Below, piece after piece: positions 53,762 through 64,000 of a stretch of 64,000 bases of DNA (position 1 is its first letter; every line of letters begins with the position of its first letter). Both the position numbers and the translations under genes were made by a program. The notes beneath the pieces were generated by a model. That model searched no databases, was not told where the DNA came from, and was given only the letters and a program-made list of their open reading frames with translations. The DNA lies in contig CP158635.1 in assembly GCA_050273025.1 (NCBI GenBank), positions 22,692,001-22,756,000 on the forward strand, written 5' to 3'. The stretch comes from Cenococcum geophilum (lineage: Eukaryota).

Positions 53762-56700
53762 TTACGATACCACCAATACCTGATTTTGTCGCAAGCTATT
53801 ACTAGAGAGCCACGTGACGACATTCTTGTGCTGAAGGCTCTCCAAGATATACTCAAGTGAATGCTTCTTCTTCAGGATGTCTGTGGTTGGCTGAACTGGC
53901 GGATATGCTTTCGGGGAATACTCCTCCGACTTGTCTAAAATTATGGGGCTATCTTCCGCATCCTCGTTGAGTGTAAGTTCAGCGGCACGATCAACCAAGT
54001 CGCAATTTGACTGGGACTTCTCATCATGGGGTGGACAGGGAGACAAGACCTCTGGAGAAGATGACGCCGAGAAATCTAAGCTTGGAGCCGGCGATGGTGG
54101 CCGAATTTGGGCTAAGTTGGTCATCGTGGACAGATCGCTTTGTTTCTTTGCAGAAACTTTGTCACTATCAATGACTAGCCTTCCAGGCAACTGTCTCACC
54201 GGTGCGACCAGAGCAAGCTGTGTGAAAGGCTTTCGAGGATGAGGCTCATCGAGAGTCCTCTCCAGCATTCGGTTGATGTCGCGGCAAATCCGCATAGGCG
54301 AGTGAATTGCAGAATTAGGTGCTTTACGGTGTAGTGGAAGACAGACTTTGGTGGCACTAAAAGACTGCATTATATCTGCAAAAACATCCTGGATCGGAGT
54401 GAACAGGTGTTGGCCGTTATCCCAGGCCCACAGCAAGCCCACAAGCTTCTTGTCCCCGTCTCGAATGATCCATGCCCCAGAATCGCCTAGATAGTCTTCA
54501 GCAGATTGCTGTACACCGGTCGGTAGAATCATAGCCCATTCATATGATACGCCATGTTCATCACTGACAATTACTGGCGCAGGACTGATCTCGCCCTGTT
54601 GCTGTCCACTAGTCTGTCCAACATAGTGCACAAAGTCATTTGGCTTGACTTCGCTTGCCTCTTCACACAGATTTCCAACGCCTTCAGGACGTCGTCCCTC
54701 TGCTTTGAAATCCTCAACTCCAAGTTCAGCGCAAGGTCGGTGTCGGTGCATATTCTTCCCGGCCCGAGCATAAACCTTGGAAATAGACCAGTCCATACGG
54801 TGCATGATGTGTGAAACCTCGCCATTGGAAGATGAAAAGTGAGAGATAGTGGCTGGTCTCATCGAATCCGAGCGACAGCGCTTAGTGATGTCTCCTAACA
54901 TATATTCCTTCATATCCCTCAATAAATCCTTTGCAAATTGCTTATAATGTTCAAGCTCTTCATCAATTTCATTCGGAAACATTGAGCGCTGCAAATCCCT
55001 TAATGAGATCATGTCCGTTTGACAAGAGACGCTAACCTTCGCAGCGAGCTCACGGAGCTTTTGTGCCAGCTGGGATTTCAATTCAACAATGTCCAGGAGA
55101 GATGGTGATGTTACTCTCCAGTCATTTATACGTCCCCTTTCCTCGACATTCTTGATAAAGTGATCCACGGTAAGCATGTATTTGACACCATCAATCAGGA
55201 CATAACCGCCAAGTGTTGCAGATACAGTATCACAGTCACTAAGCCCAATTGATGCTCCCATCCCGGGTGTGCTCCAGTATCTTCTATGATGAGGAAACCG
55301 TTTTCGATCATTTGGGAGGTCATCATCTAAGGATTCAATATTTGAGGATCCAGTATTTGTAGAGTTACCCCCAACGAGGAGTGTTTTGGAACCCTCTGAA
55401 AAATGCACGGGAATCGTGCCTCGACGGCTTTCCTTACATATTTCCTCGATTTTGGTCCGGATCATCTTCCGTATGTCTTCGGACTGTCCCAAAGCGCTTT
55501 GAATTCGAATGGTCGGAACCGGTTCGCTTTCACGAGTCTGTTGCCTTACAAGACTAGCAGAATAATCCTTTCCAAGAAGGGGGCTTAGAAATTCTGGAAG
55601 GCGAGGAATAATGTATTCTAACCATGTAGTCAAGACCTCTGAATCCTGTTCGGCTCTTACGGCAAGAATCTTGCATCGTAGAGACGAAGACCCTGGGGTA
55701 GTGTGGACCTTGCGAAGATTACCAGGACGCTTCATCCGAGAGCTATCCCGAGGTGAGTTGCCTGGTCTAAGTTCAGAAGCCTCGTACTGTCTCACGTCCT
55801 TTAGAGCCTCTTCGAGTATACTCTTGCCCTGCTTTGTGGCATGACTTGAGCCTTGTAGCTTCATAGTTTCCTTCGATACTTGGAAACATGAAGATACGTG
55901 CAGGGATTCCAACTGCTCAAGGATGCTCTCATATTCTATTTGAACTGTTAGCAAGCTCATACTAGCTGTAAGTAAGGCTCATTACCGTGATGTTTCACTA
56001 GAGCGTGTATATCTATGATGCGGACGCTAACAATTTCCTCGGAGCTTGGGCCACCGATGCCCGATATAAGCATTGCATCAGGATGGAGGTTGAGATAATC
56101 TGGTTCGGATAACTGGTGTGCATGTTGGTGCTCGCCACATTTGGTGTTTCTGGGGATGGGTAATTCTTCAATTTGATGGTCGACTGGCTGCAATGTGTGT
56201 TTGTGAGCCCTAAAGCTAGCTGCAGAAGAGTTAGTGGAACTCCAAGACGGCCAGAGGATCCCAAGAAGTGTACCAGCAACCTCGTCTTCATACTTTCCTC
56301 GCTTTGCACCCGATTCAAATTCTCCATGGATAGCACGCTTGGTACCTGCACCTTGTCTTTCCAAGCCGTCTAAAAGCAATTGCAATCCATCGCAATTGTT
56401 TGTATTTGCGTGGAGAGGCAATGCGCTAGGTAAGGCTAATACGGACGTCAGAAGATTAGATAATCTGTGCTCCTGTGCTCTAGCTTGGACTTACCCAGCT
56501 CAGGCTGAACCTCACAATAAGACGCATGAGAGGTCGAGTGCGCGACAGCTTGATGCTTACTGAAATCAGCCTGCGATGCGAAATATATGCCCCCAACGAC
56601 TCCAATTTTGAAACAAGGCTCCTCTAGACACTGTAAGGATTGAAAAGGCAAAGCCTGATCTGCCTTGTGAAATCTTTCGAGATGTGTTTTGAGTTTCTCG

Positions 56701-57427
56701 TTACGTAGGAAGGATTTAGGCTGCTTCTGGGTTAATTTACAAGATCCACACTCGAAGGGATGTGGACTCTCCGGATGTTCCTCCTTCAGATGAGTTTTCA
56801 GATCTTTGGGCCGTTCAAAGAATTTACCTCCACAAATCTGGTGGGGGCATGCGTGCTGCTCCTTCTCATGTCTCCTTAGGTCGTAAGTCCGTGTGAAGGT
56901 CTTGCCCTTGCCCTTGCAACCTGTGAACTCGCACACGTATTGATCCCCAGTAATTGGCAGAGAATTTTCTGAGCCCTGTGACGTATCCGAAGTCACTGTG
57001 TAGTTCCCTGGGCGCTCTGCACCAGTCCATTCAGTTGTCTGGCGCGCTTCAAATGAATTGTTTTGGGCTATGGCTGGAAAATATGAGTCGAATGACTAGG
57101 GAACTTCAGCAAAGGTTTTGGAATTTGTGATTGAGGACACACCTTTCCTTCCATATATAGAAAATAAGCCTCGTTGGGACTGGAATCATTTTGGGATGTT
57201 TGTTCATTCTCCAAATGACCATCCACATCCAACCCCAAACCAAGCTGGTCGAACTCGCCATTTGGCTTGAGTAGGCTGGGAGCCCAGCTACTGTCTACAG
57301 TCGATGGTGATTGGAGACTATAATTGAAAGATGCGGTGCCTTCTTGGTAATCGAGGTTTTCGAACGAAGCGTCATCGTCATTGCTCCCGTTGGGTGTGAG
57401 ATAAGGTTCTCGCAGGGCTTTCGTCAT
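53762..57427 (-). CDS. C2H2 zinc-finger + trypsin-fold serine protease (Ssy5/Nal1-like) fusion protein
   Basis: Four C2H2-like fingers in 56448-56996. Introns 56494-56436 and 55985-55936 (GT-AG, CTGAC/CTAAC branch sites) join them in frame to the 53762-55935 exon. That exon has GASIG...ATLGGY...LTVDHF (His), MDWS (Asp), GQTSG and GDSGAWI...VGLLW (Ser). First exon junction (~57143 to ~57038) uncertain. Confidence 0.75.
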
Positions 57428-57986
57428 CGTAAATGCAGCAAATTTGTTCTCTTCCGTACTGCTGCGTTGGGGGCAGTTCGTTGAAACAATTTAGCAAAGC
57501 TAGGTGTTGTAGCTAACTTCGAGGTCCGTCATGTAGATAGCACTGAATCTAGCCAACCTCAAGGCCTTTTGTAATGGAAAAAAACCTCAAATCAAGAAGA
57601 AGGCACCGAAATATAGACCGTGGGCAACAGCAAGGGCGCAAATCACCAGCGCAGGCTAAGGAAATGAGAAGCATCACAACTATGACGCGAACTCCGTTCC
57701 AGAGAAGAAGTTTAGGGCGGTGGGTGAGCACATTGTGGACTATCCGTTAACCCGCAGAAATATTGAAAAGATTAATACTTCGAAATTCGGGCAAATACGT
57801 CTTACACAGGGCACTTCCCTAGATGTTGGATAGCCGACGACTTCAAGCTTGGAGTTTTCCGCAAGGCGTTCTCCCCGCGGATGCCTGATAGGCTTTCCAA
57901 AAGTACGTCGACGATTCGGGCAAACAAGTTTATTGCGATTCAAGATTCCAGCTGCAAGGTAGACATGAGTCGCGCAGCGGGCCGTA

Positions 57987-58060
57987 ACAACGCCCTGTGG
58001 ATGCCCACAACGCCCCGTAGATGTCCACAACGCCCTGCGACGCCCTCCGACGCCCTGTAA
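57987..58060. repeat. Degenerate 20-bp/10-bp tandem repeat (ACAACGCCCTGTGGATGCCC; CGCCC core) upstream of the ZF-protease gene
   Basis: Directly visible. Confidence 0.8.
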
Positions 58061-58719
58061 CACCTTTCGGCGCCCCTATCAATGAGAACGTCAGTTTTTC
58101 TCCCAACGCCCCCGCTAAGATATGCAAGATGATTACCGCAGCTGTTCACGTGGATTTGCGCTACACGCGGCCTGACTTTTGGTGATCTGGTAGTAGTAGG
58201 TGGGTGGAGAGCACTGACACGTCAGAGACATCAGCCCTCCGCCAGATTGAGAAGATCGATTATGCACTCTGAGATATTCCGAGTAGATGTTGCCGGCTGT
58301 ATGGTGCCATAGAGCTACCAGGCTAGTCGATCTCCGGATGAAGTGTGCAAAAAGTTATGCAGACGTGGCAGTCTCCGTCAGCGCCGAATAGTACGACTTA
58401 AAAGTAGTGGTTTTTTTTAAAAACAAAGTCGAAAGTAAAAATTGGAGTTTTGTATGAAATTGATTCTAAAACTTTTTTTTATATAATTTTATTTGGGTTC
58501 TTTTAAATATAATTTAGTAGATTTTTACAGCTTGCCTAGTATTGCGAAAATCAAGATTAAGCGAGCCGCCTACCTATAAAAACGCTTCTATCCCTTCGAA
58601 CGGTGACGTCCATCTCTAAGTTGGTCCGTGCGGGGAAAAAAAAACCTCGGCACGGAAAAACGAGTCAATTAGGCTTGGTGGTTACCTAAATAGTCCTGTT
58701 TGCTCTATTCGTATACTGT

Positions 58720-60283
58720 CAATTTAGGTTGGATTTAGCCTATTACCCCATCCTTGTTTCTATTCCGGTTATACTACTACCCCCTATTTTAGTAACGTAC
58801 CCTTATTCCCCCTTATTCTCCACACCTACCTTATATATAAATAGAGTCCTTATTTTTTTAAAAAAAAAATTTGGTATACGGACTACTAATTAATAGTTAT
58901 AAGCCTAGGTAACTTGCCGTATTACACCTATTTAACTAATTAATTTAATTAATCTAATTAATTCTACCCTTTATTAAATTGCTGCTTATTACTAAATCCT
59001 TTATTTATCTTTGTAAGCACCTTTTAATATAACTTTTTAACCTACCTAAGCTATTACTACGACGGTAATATTATTGAACTAAGTTAATTAGGATAAATAG
59101 ATTAACCTTATTAGGCTTTAAGCTTAAATTAAAGACATAGAAATATGTTAACCCTTTAACTAAACAGTATTAGTTACTTTAACTAATTTAACTAGTCTTT
59201 CCTAAGACTTAAGATATAACGCTAAAAATAACCTTATATATAGCAGAAGGATAAGCTCTAAGTTCTCTATTTAGAGGAAGAAATACTAGTAATATAGTAT
59301 TTTTATAAAGGATTGAAATTACTTATATAATAAGGGTAATATTAATATAATTATAGATTAGCCTCCAAATATAGGTTACCTAACTTATTTTTTATATAGA
59401 ATTAATTGTTATATAGCAGTAATATAGTATCCTAAATTGCGTTATCTCGTACTTAAGTTATTATATTAGGTTTCTTCTTATTTTAGATTTTTCTCTAAGC
59501 TCTAACTACCCGTATCTTTAGTGTATTCTAACTAGCCAAACTAGTAGAGAGTTAAGATATTTATAAGTCTATCTGCTATAACTAAGGAGCTTTACTATTT
59601 ACTACCAGTAACTAAAACACCTTGCTATTAGAGCGTTGCTTTTTAAAGATGTCTACTGTACTAATAGTATTATCTATTATCTCGCTAGTAGTACGAGGAT
59701 AGTTGTGTACTGTACTAGGCGTATTTCTAACTTTTAGCCTCCTTATTAAGGCCTTTAAGCGTTTCTTTATACTAAACGGCGCTATATAGCTTATTGGTAA
59801 ACATGGAGTTAATAGGGGGTTTATAGGTTAATATTTGGGTAGTATAGGCAGTAGAGAAGCAATAAAGCAGGTAATAAGGCATATAATTAATCTAGATACA
59901 ATATATTAGCTATTTAGGTGTTTATCTACTATAAATATTAATATAGGAGGTTAAACGTTAAGAATTGGTAATGGTTAATAGTTCTGGCTAAATATTTACT
60001 GTTTTAGCGGTAATATTTAAGGCGAAATGTAGCGGTAACCACTAGGCCGTTTATAATAATTTTGGTAGCATTAGAATTGCCCTATAAAGCTCTAGAATAT
60101 AACATTAGCTAATTATTTACAAAGACGTTAGTATGTTATTAATTGGCAGCAAAAAAAATAGTATAGTGCGCGAGTTTTAGTAAGGATTATATACAAATTA
60201 GCGCGTGGGACTAATAAAACCGTGTACCAGACGATAATAATATAAGCTGATTAACCTGTTATGTAAGCAGCTTATGATTGGAT
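58720..60283. mobile_element. Unclassified, strongly RIPed AT-rich repeat
   Basis: Abrupt AT/TpA enrichment and no open ORFs. No domain or clear termini recognised; boundaries approximate. Confidence 0.5.
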
Positions 60284-60285
60284 TA

Positions 60286-61192
60286 ACGTGATCCACAAGC
60301 AAGTGGTCGACACAAGCGAGTGGTCGACCCATTTTGTACCCGACAGGTTCATAAGCTAATATCTTAACCAACAACGAATATATTTGATTTCTATATTTAT
60401 TAAATGCTGCTTTAACACCTTGGGTATATACGAGCGTTATATTCTAATGAATTACATAAGCTACACCTTGGTAGTACTCGCCGCGATAGCTGCAGAGCTA
60501 ACGACTGCCCTACCTCTACCTGTACTGCCTCACTTTGTTATACACGAGATAGCCCATCTAATACCGTTAAAACTCCTCCTTTAGCTATATACAACCGCTT
60601 TTAAGCTCTCTTCCTTTTCTGTCGCTGATTCTCTATCCGTAACTAGCTATTTTCGGTCGTAAGTAGTACTGCGCTATACATAGCCATCTCACAGCCTTTA
60701 ACTAACTGACTTAGAGCTTACTCAGTTGGACTTGGTAGGCTCTACGTACGCCGCTTAATATAGCTCTTAATTAACTGCGTCTAATGCTATAGCTTAGTAA
60801 TATTATGCGGCGTTTTAGATGTCCATGCGGCTCTATTCTAGGACTAAAGTAGAGGAGTTAGTGTGCAAAGTTAGACGTAAAGGCGTAATAAAACACGATC
60901 TGGATTGTATGGAACGAGCCCTATAGCCGCAAATCCACTTTAGATATTACTACTATGTAGTGCTTCCGTACGGGCTTGTCGGTATAGCCGTAGAAACTCC
61001 TATTTATTAATATATTGTATGCTAAGCCGTATAAGCTGTTTAACATATTGCCCGTACGACTGCTTTAAGACTAAAAAGCAGCTAATATTAAGTGGCTATA
61101 GTAGATGGGATAAATAAGCGGGCATGCAAAGAACGATAATAGAGTAATTAGAGCAGTAAAGATCAAATTTAGGCGTAGCGTGGCTATTATAC
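60286..61192 (-). mobile_element. Truncated Fot1/pogo (Tc1/mariner) transposon: one TIR plus 3' half of the transposase, RIPed
   Basis: TA|ACGTGATC terminus with two 17-bp direct repeats CACAAGCRAGTGGTCGA (Tan1/Vader-like TIR architecture). Minus-strand DDE_1 motif MPA[Y>H][L>S]SHLL[*>Q]PL[N>D]ISCF (~61060-61105) and C-terminal RCSLCNSLE[Y>H]NAR knuckle (~60430-60470). Confidence 0.85.
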
Positions 61193-61391
61193 ATCAGGAA
61201 ATTTTTTTTTGGGCACGTTGTCGCAAGCGAAAATCGGGGTCTGCAAAACCTGCGTAAGTCGCGATTTTAGCGATTTGCGGCAACTTGCGGCGATTTGCTA
61301 CAAATACATAGGCTACCCATGTAAATCGCCGCAAATTGCGACTTAAGTAGACCCTAATTTTCGGCTGCAATAAAAACGCAACAAAAATACT

Positions 61392-62601
61392 ATAAAGCTC
61401 TACACGAAGCTCTACACAAAGCTCTGCACGAAGCTCTGCACAAAGCTCTACACGAAGCTCTGCACGAAGCTCTGCACGAGGCTCTGCACAAAGCTCTACA
61501 CGAAGCTCTGCACGAAGCTCTGCACGAAGCTCTGCACGAGGCTCTGCACAAAGCTCTACACGAAGCTCTGCACGAAGCTCTGCACGAAGCTCTATACGAG
61601 GCTCTGCGTATAGAGGCTCTGTACGAGGCTCTGCACGAAGCTCTACACGAGGCTCTGCACGAAGCTCTACACGAAGCTTTGCACGAAGCTCTACACGAGG
61701 CTCTGCACGAAGCTCTACACGAAGCTTTGCACGAAGCTCTACACGAAGCTTTGCACGAAGCTCTACACGAGGCTCTACACGAAGCTCTACACGAAGCTCT
61801 ACACGAAGCTCTACACGAAGCTCTACACGAAGCTCTACACGAAGCTCTATACGAAGCTCTACACGAAGCTCTGCATAAAGCTCTACACGAAGCTCTACAC
61901 GAGGCTCTGCACGAAGCTCTACACGAAGCTCTGCACGAAGCTTTGCATAAAGCTCTACACGAAGCTCTACACGAAGCTCTACACAAAGCTCTGCACGAAG
62001 CTTTGCGCGAGGCTCTACACGAAGCTCTACACGAAGCTTTGCACAAGGCTCTGCATGAGGCTCTACACGAAGCTCTGCACGAAGCTCTGCACGGAGCTCT
62101 ATACGAAGCTCTGCGTATAGAGGCTCTGTACGAGGCTCTGCACGAAGCTCTACACGAGGCTCTGCACGAAGCTCTACACGAAGCTCTACACGAAGCTCTA
62201 CACGAAGCTCTGCACGAAGCTCTACACGAAGCTCTGCACAAAGCTTTGCACGAGGCTCTACACGAGGCTCTATACGAAGCTCTGCGTACAGAGGCTCTGT
62301 ACGAGGCTCTGCACGAAGCTCTACACGAGGCTCTGCACGAAGCTCTACACGAGGCTCTGCACGAAGCTCTACACGAAGCTCTGCACGAAGCTCTACACGA
62401 AGCTCTACACAAAGCTCTGCACGAAGCTTTGCGCGAGGCTCTACACGAAGCTCTACACGAAGCTTTGCACAAGGCTCTGCATAAGGCTCTACACGAAGCT
62501 CTGCACGAAGCTCTACACAAGGCTCTACACGAAGCTCTACGTACAGAGGCTCTGCACGAGGCTTTGCGCGACATACGGAGGCTCTACACGAAGCTCTGCA
62601 T
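61392..62601. repeat. 12-bp minisatellite, consensus GARGCTCTRCAC, about 100 units
   Basis: Directly visible; variants are almost all transitions; produces the HEAL/VELR/RASC ORFs. Confidence 0.98.
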
Positions 62602-62914
62602 CGGGTCCCCGCTATATTCCCAATAGCCTCTACACGTGCCTCTGCCAAGTGTACCCCTTATCTATATACCTAGGTAGCCACCTTATTTTTTACCCTTCCT
62701 TCCTTACATCCTCCCTACCTAGGGAGGCACCAGAACGGCAGCCAGCTGAGGACCGTCGCCAGAACCAGACGACCGTCGACCGTCGCCAGAGCCAGACGAC
62801 CACCGTTCGAATATACAGCCAGCGAACGGCCGTAAAGAACGATTCGAATTAATACGATTAATCGATCAATCAAATCAGGCGGAGCCTTCGATCGGGCCGA
62901 CCTTTCCCCCAAAT

Positions 62915-63106
62915 TACAGACAGGTAGGTATAGACAGTAGCACAGATAGGAGGCACAGACGGTAGGCACAGACGGTAGGTATAGACAGGTAGCACAGATA
63001 GGTAGGTACAGACAGGTAGGCACAGACAGTAGGCACAGACAGGTAGGCACAGATAGTAGGCATAGACAGTAGGCATAGGCAGGTACAGACAGACAGACAG
63101 ACAGGT

Positions 63107-63141
<35 letters not shown>

Positions 63142-63143
63142 CA
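62915..63143. repeat. Degenerate tetranucleotide satellite (GGCA/GACA/GGTA)n
   Basis: Directly visible; ends in a pure (GGCA)n run. Confidence 0.9.
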
Positions 63144-63582
63144 CTAGGCCTAGTTAGGAAATCGGTATACAGCCAGCAGATCGTTAGGAATACCGCCAAT
63201 TAATGATTTGGAGCCTTTATAAAGGGTATCCCCCTTATCTTAATTGCTTAATAAATAGCTCTATATTTTATATACTAGCGTCTATATATTGCTTGGCAGC
63301 ATCTACCTTAGTAACGCACAATGCTGAGACCTCCCGCAATATTCGCGAATATTAAACGCAGTCACTACGTGGCTAATTCGCTTTCAATATCGCTAAACTC
63401 ATTAATATTCATTATACATTTATTATCTATTTGTTTAAGAATTATTTTATAACGCTATTACCGCTTATAACTAACTAGGAGACTTATACGTGTGTATAAT
63501 CCTAATGAGCAAACCCACCTAGACGACCTACCTTAACTACACCATTGTCTATAACCGCTACACCCTCCTCTATTGGTTCTAT

Positions 63583-64000
63583 AATGCCGTCCGAGGCTAA
63601 TATACGCGCCACTGCTGTAGAAGAGCGCGAAATTGCTAAAGAGTAAAGGGAACAAGCCTAAGATAAAAGGGAGATTTAGAAGTATAAGGAAGAGCGCAAA
63701 GCCCACCTAGCGGAAAAGGCTCGCTAGTATAAATACCACCTAGCTTAAATAGCTTAATTATAGTTAGGCTTGGCCGCTTCGGCCTTATAGGCCACTATAA
63801 TAGCTGCTATAGCTAATGTCCTTAGTAAGCCTCTCCCTCCTAGTATAAAGTCACTTAAACTCCGCCTTTCTGGCGTTACAAAAAGGGATTACCTGGATAT
63901 TTTTAAGGGTACCTTTAATCTAGTAAACCTCGCCCATCTTTAAGTCTATACCGCTTAAATTAAGATCGCTGATAAGATATGGATTAAGAATGGTACTCTA
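63583..64000 (+). pseudogene. RIPed ORF running off the window edge, possibly the gag-like ORF of a tyrosine-recombinase (DIRS/Ngaro-type) retroelement
   Basis: MPSEANIRA... followed by a coiled-coil with RIP stops, then LRLSGVTKRDYLDIF[K>E]GTF[N>D][L>P]VNLAHL. Assignment is tentative; no RT or YR domain lies in the window. Confidence 0.35.

Noticed and set aside
58724..60260. Weak inverted similarity (AGGTT...AGCYTAT) at the ends of the unclassified AT-rich block
   Set aside because: Too degenerate and no TSD, so TIRs cannot be claimed.
61392..62601. CRISPR-like or telomeric array
   Set aside because: No unique spacers, eukaryotic context, and the unit is not TTAGGG-like.
61194..62648. Long ORFs of [12 protein letters not shown] and HEAL repeats (484, 394 and 315 aa)
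   Set aside because: They are open in several frames only because the 12-bp unit lacks stops; there is no unique domain. Treated as a minisatellite.
62715..63199. Cys/Leu/Pro-rich minus-strand ORFs
   Set aside because: Translations of the tetranucleotide satellite.

Overview
This window is from a filamentous ascomycete genome: spliceosomal introns with CTRAC branch sites and heavy RIP-type C>T/G>A decay of repeats. Positions 1-29.9 kb are a GC-rich gene block containing a conserved hypothetical protein, importin-9/Kap114, REV7, an RBR E3 ligase, a LYC1-like GNAT acetyltransferase, a multiply disrupted threonine synthase (THR4) pseudogene and PKC1 (with a GC-AG last intron). Positions 29,969-50,135 are one RIP-inactivated DNA transposon with 22-bp TIRs and a 9-bp TSD. 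It carries a RecQ-like helicase and a convergent Academ-type DDE transposase (AcademH-like). A chromodomain Ty3/Gypsy element (35,351-49,059) is inserted in that transposase, and a second one (37,767-43,659) is inserted in the RT of the first. Both Gypsy elements have self-priming PBS signatures, and the outer one carries an extra antisense Cys-rich gene. The right part holds two MITEs, a solo LTR, an apparently intact gene fusing C2H2 zinc fingers to a trypsin-fold serine protease, a truncated Fot1/pogo element, a 1.2-kb 12-bp minisatellite and further RIPed repeats. All calls were made by eye; no database searches were run.
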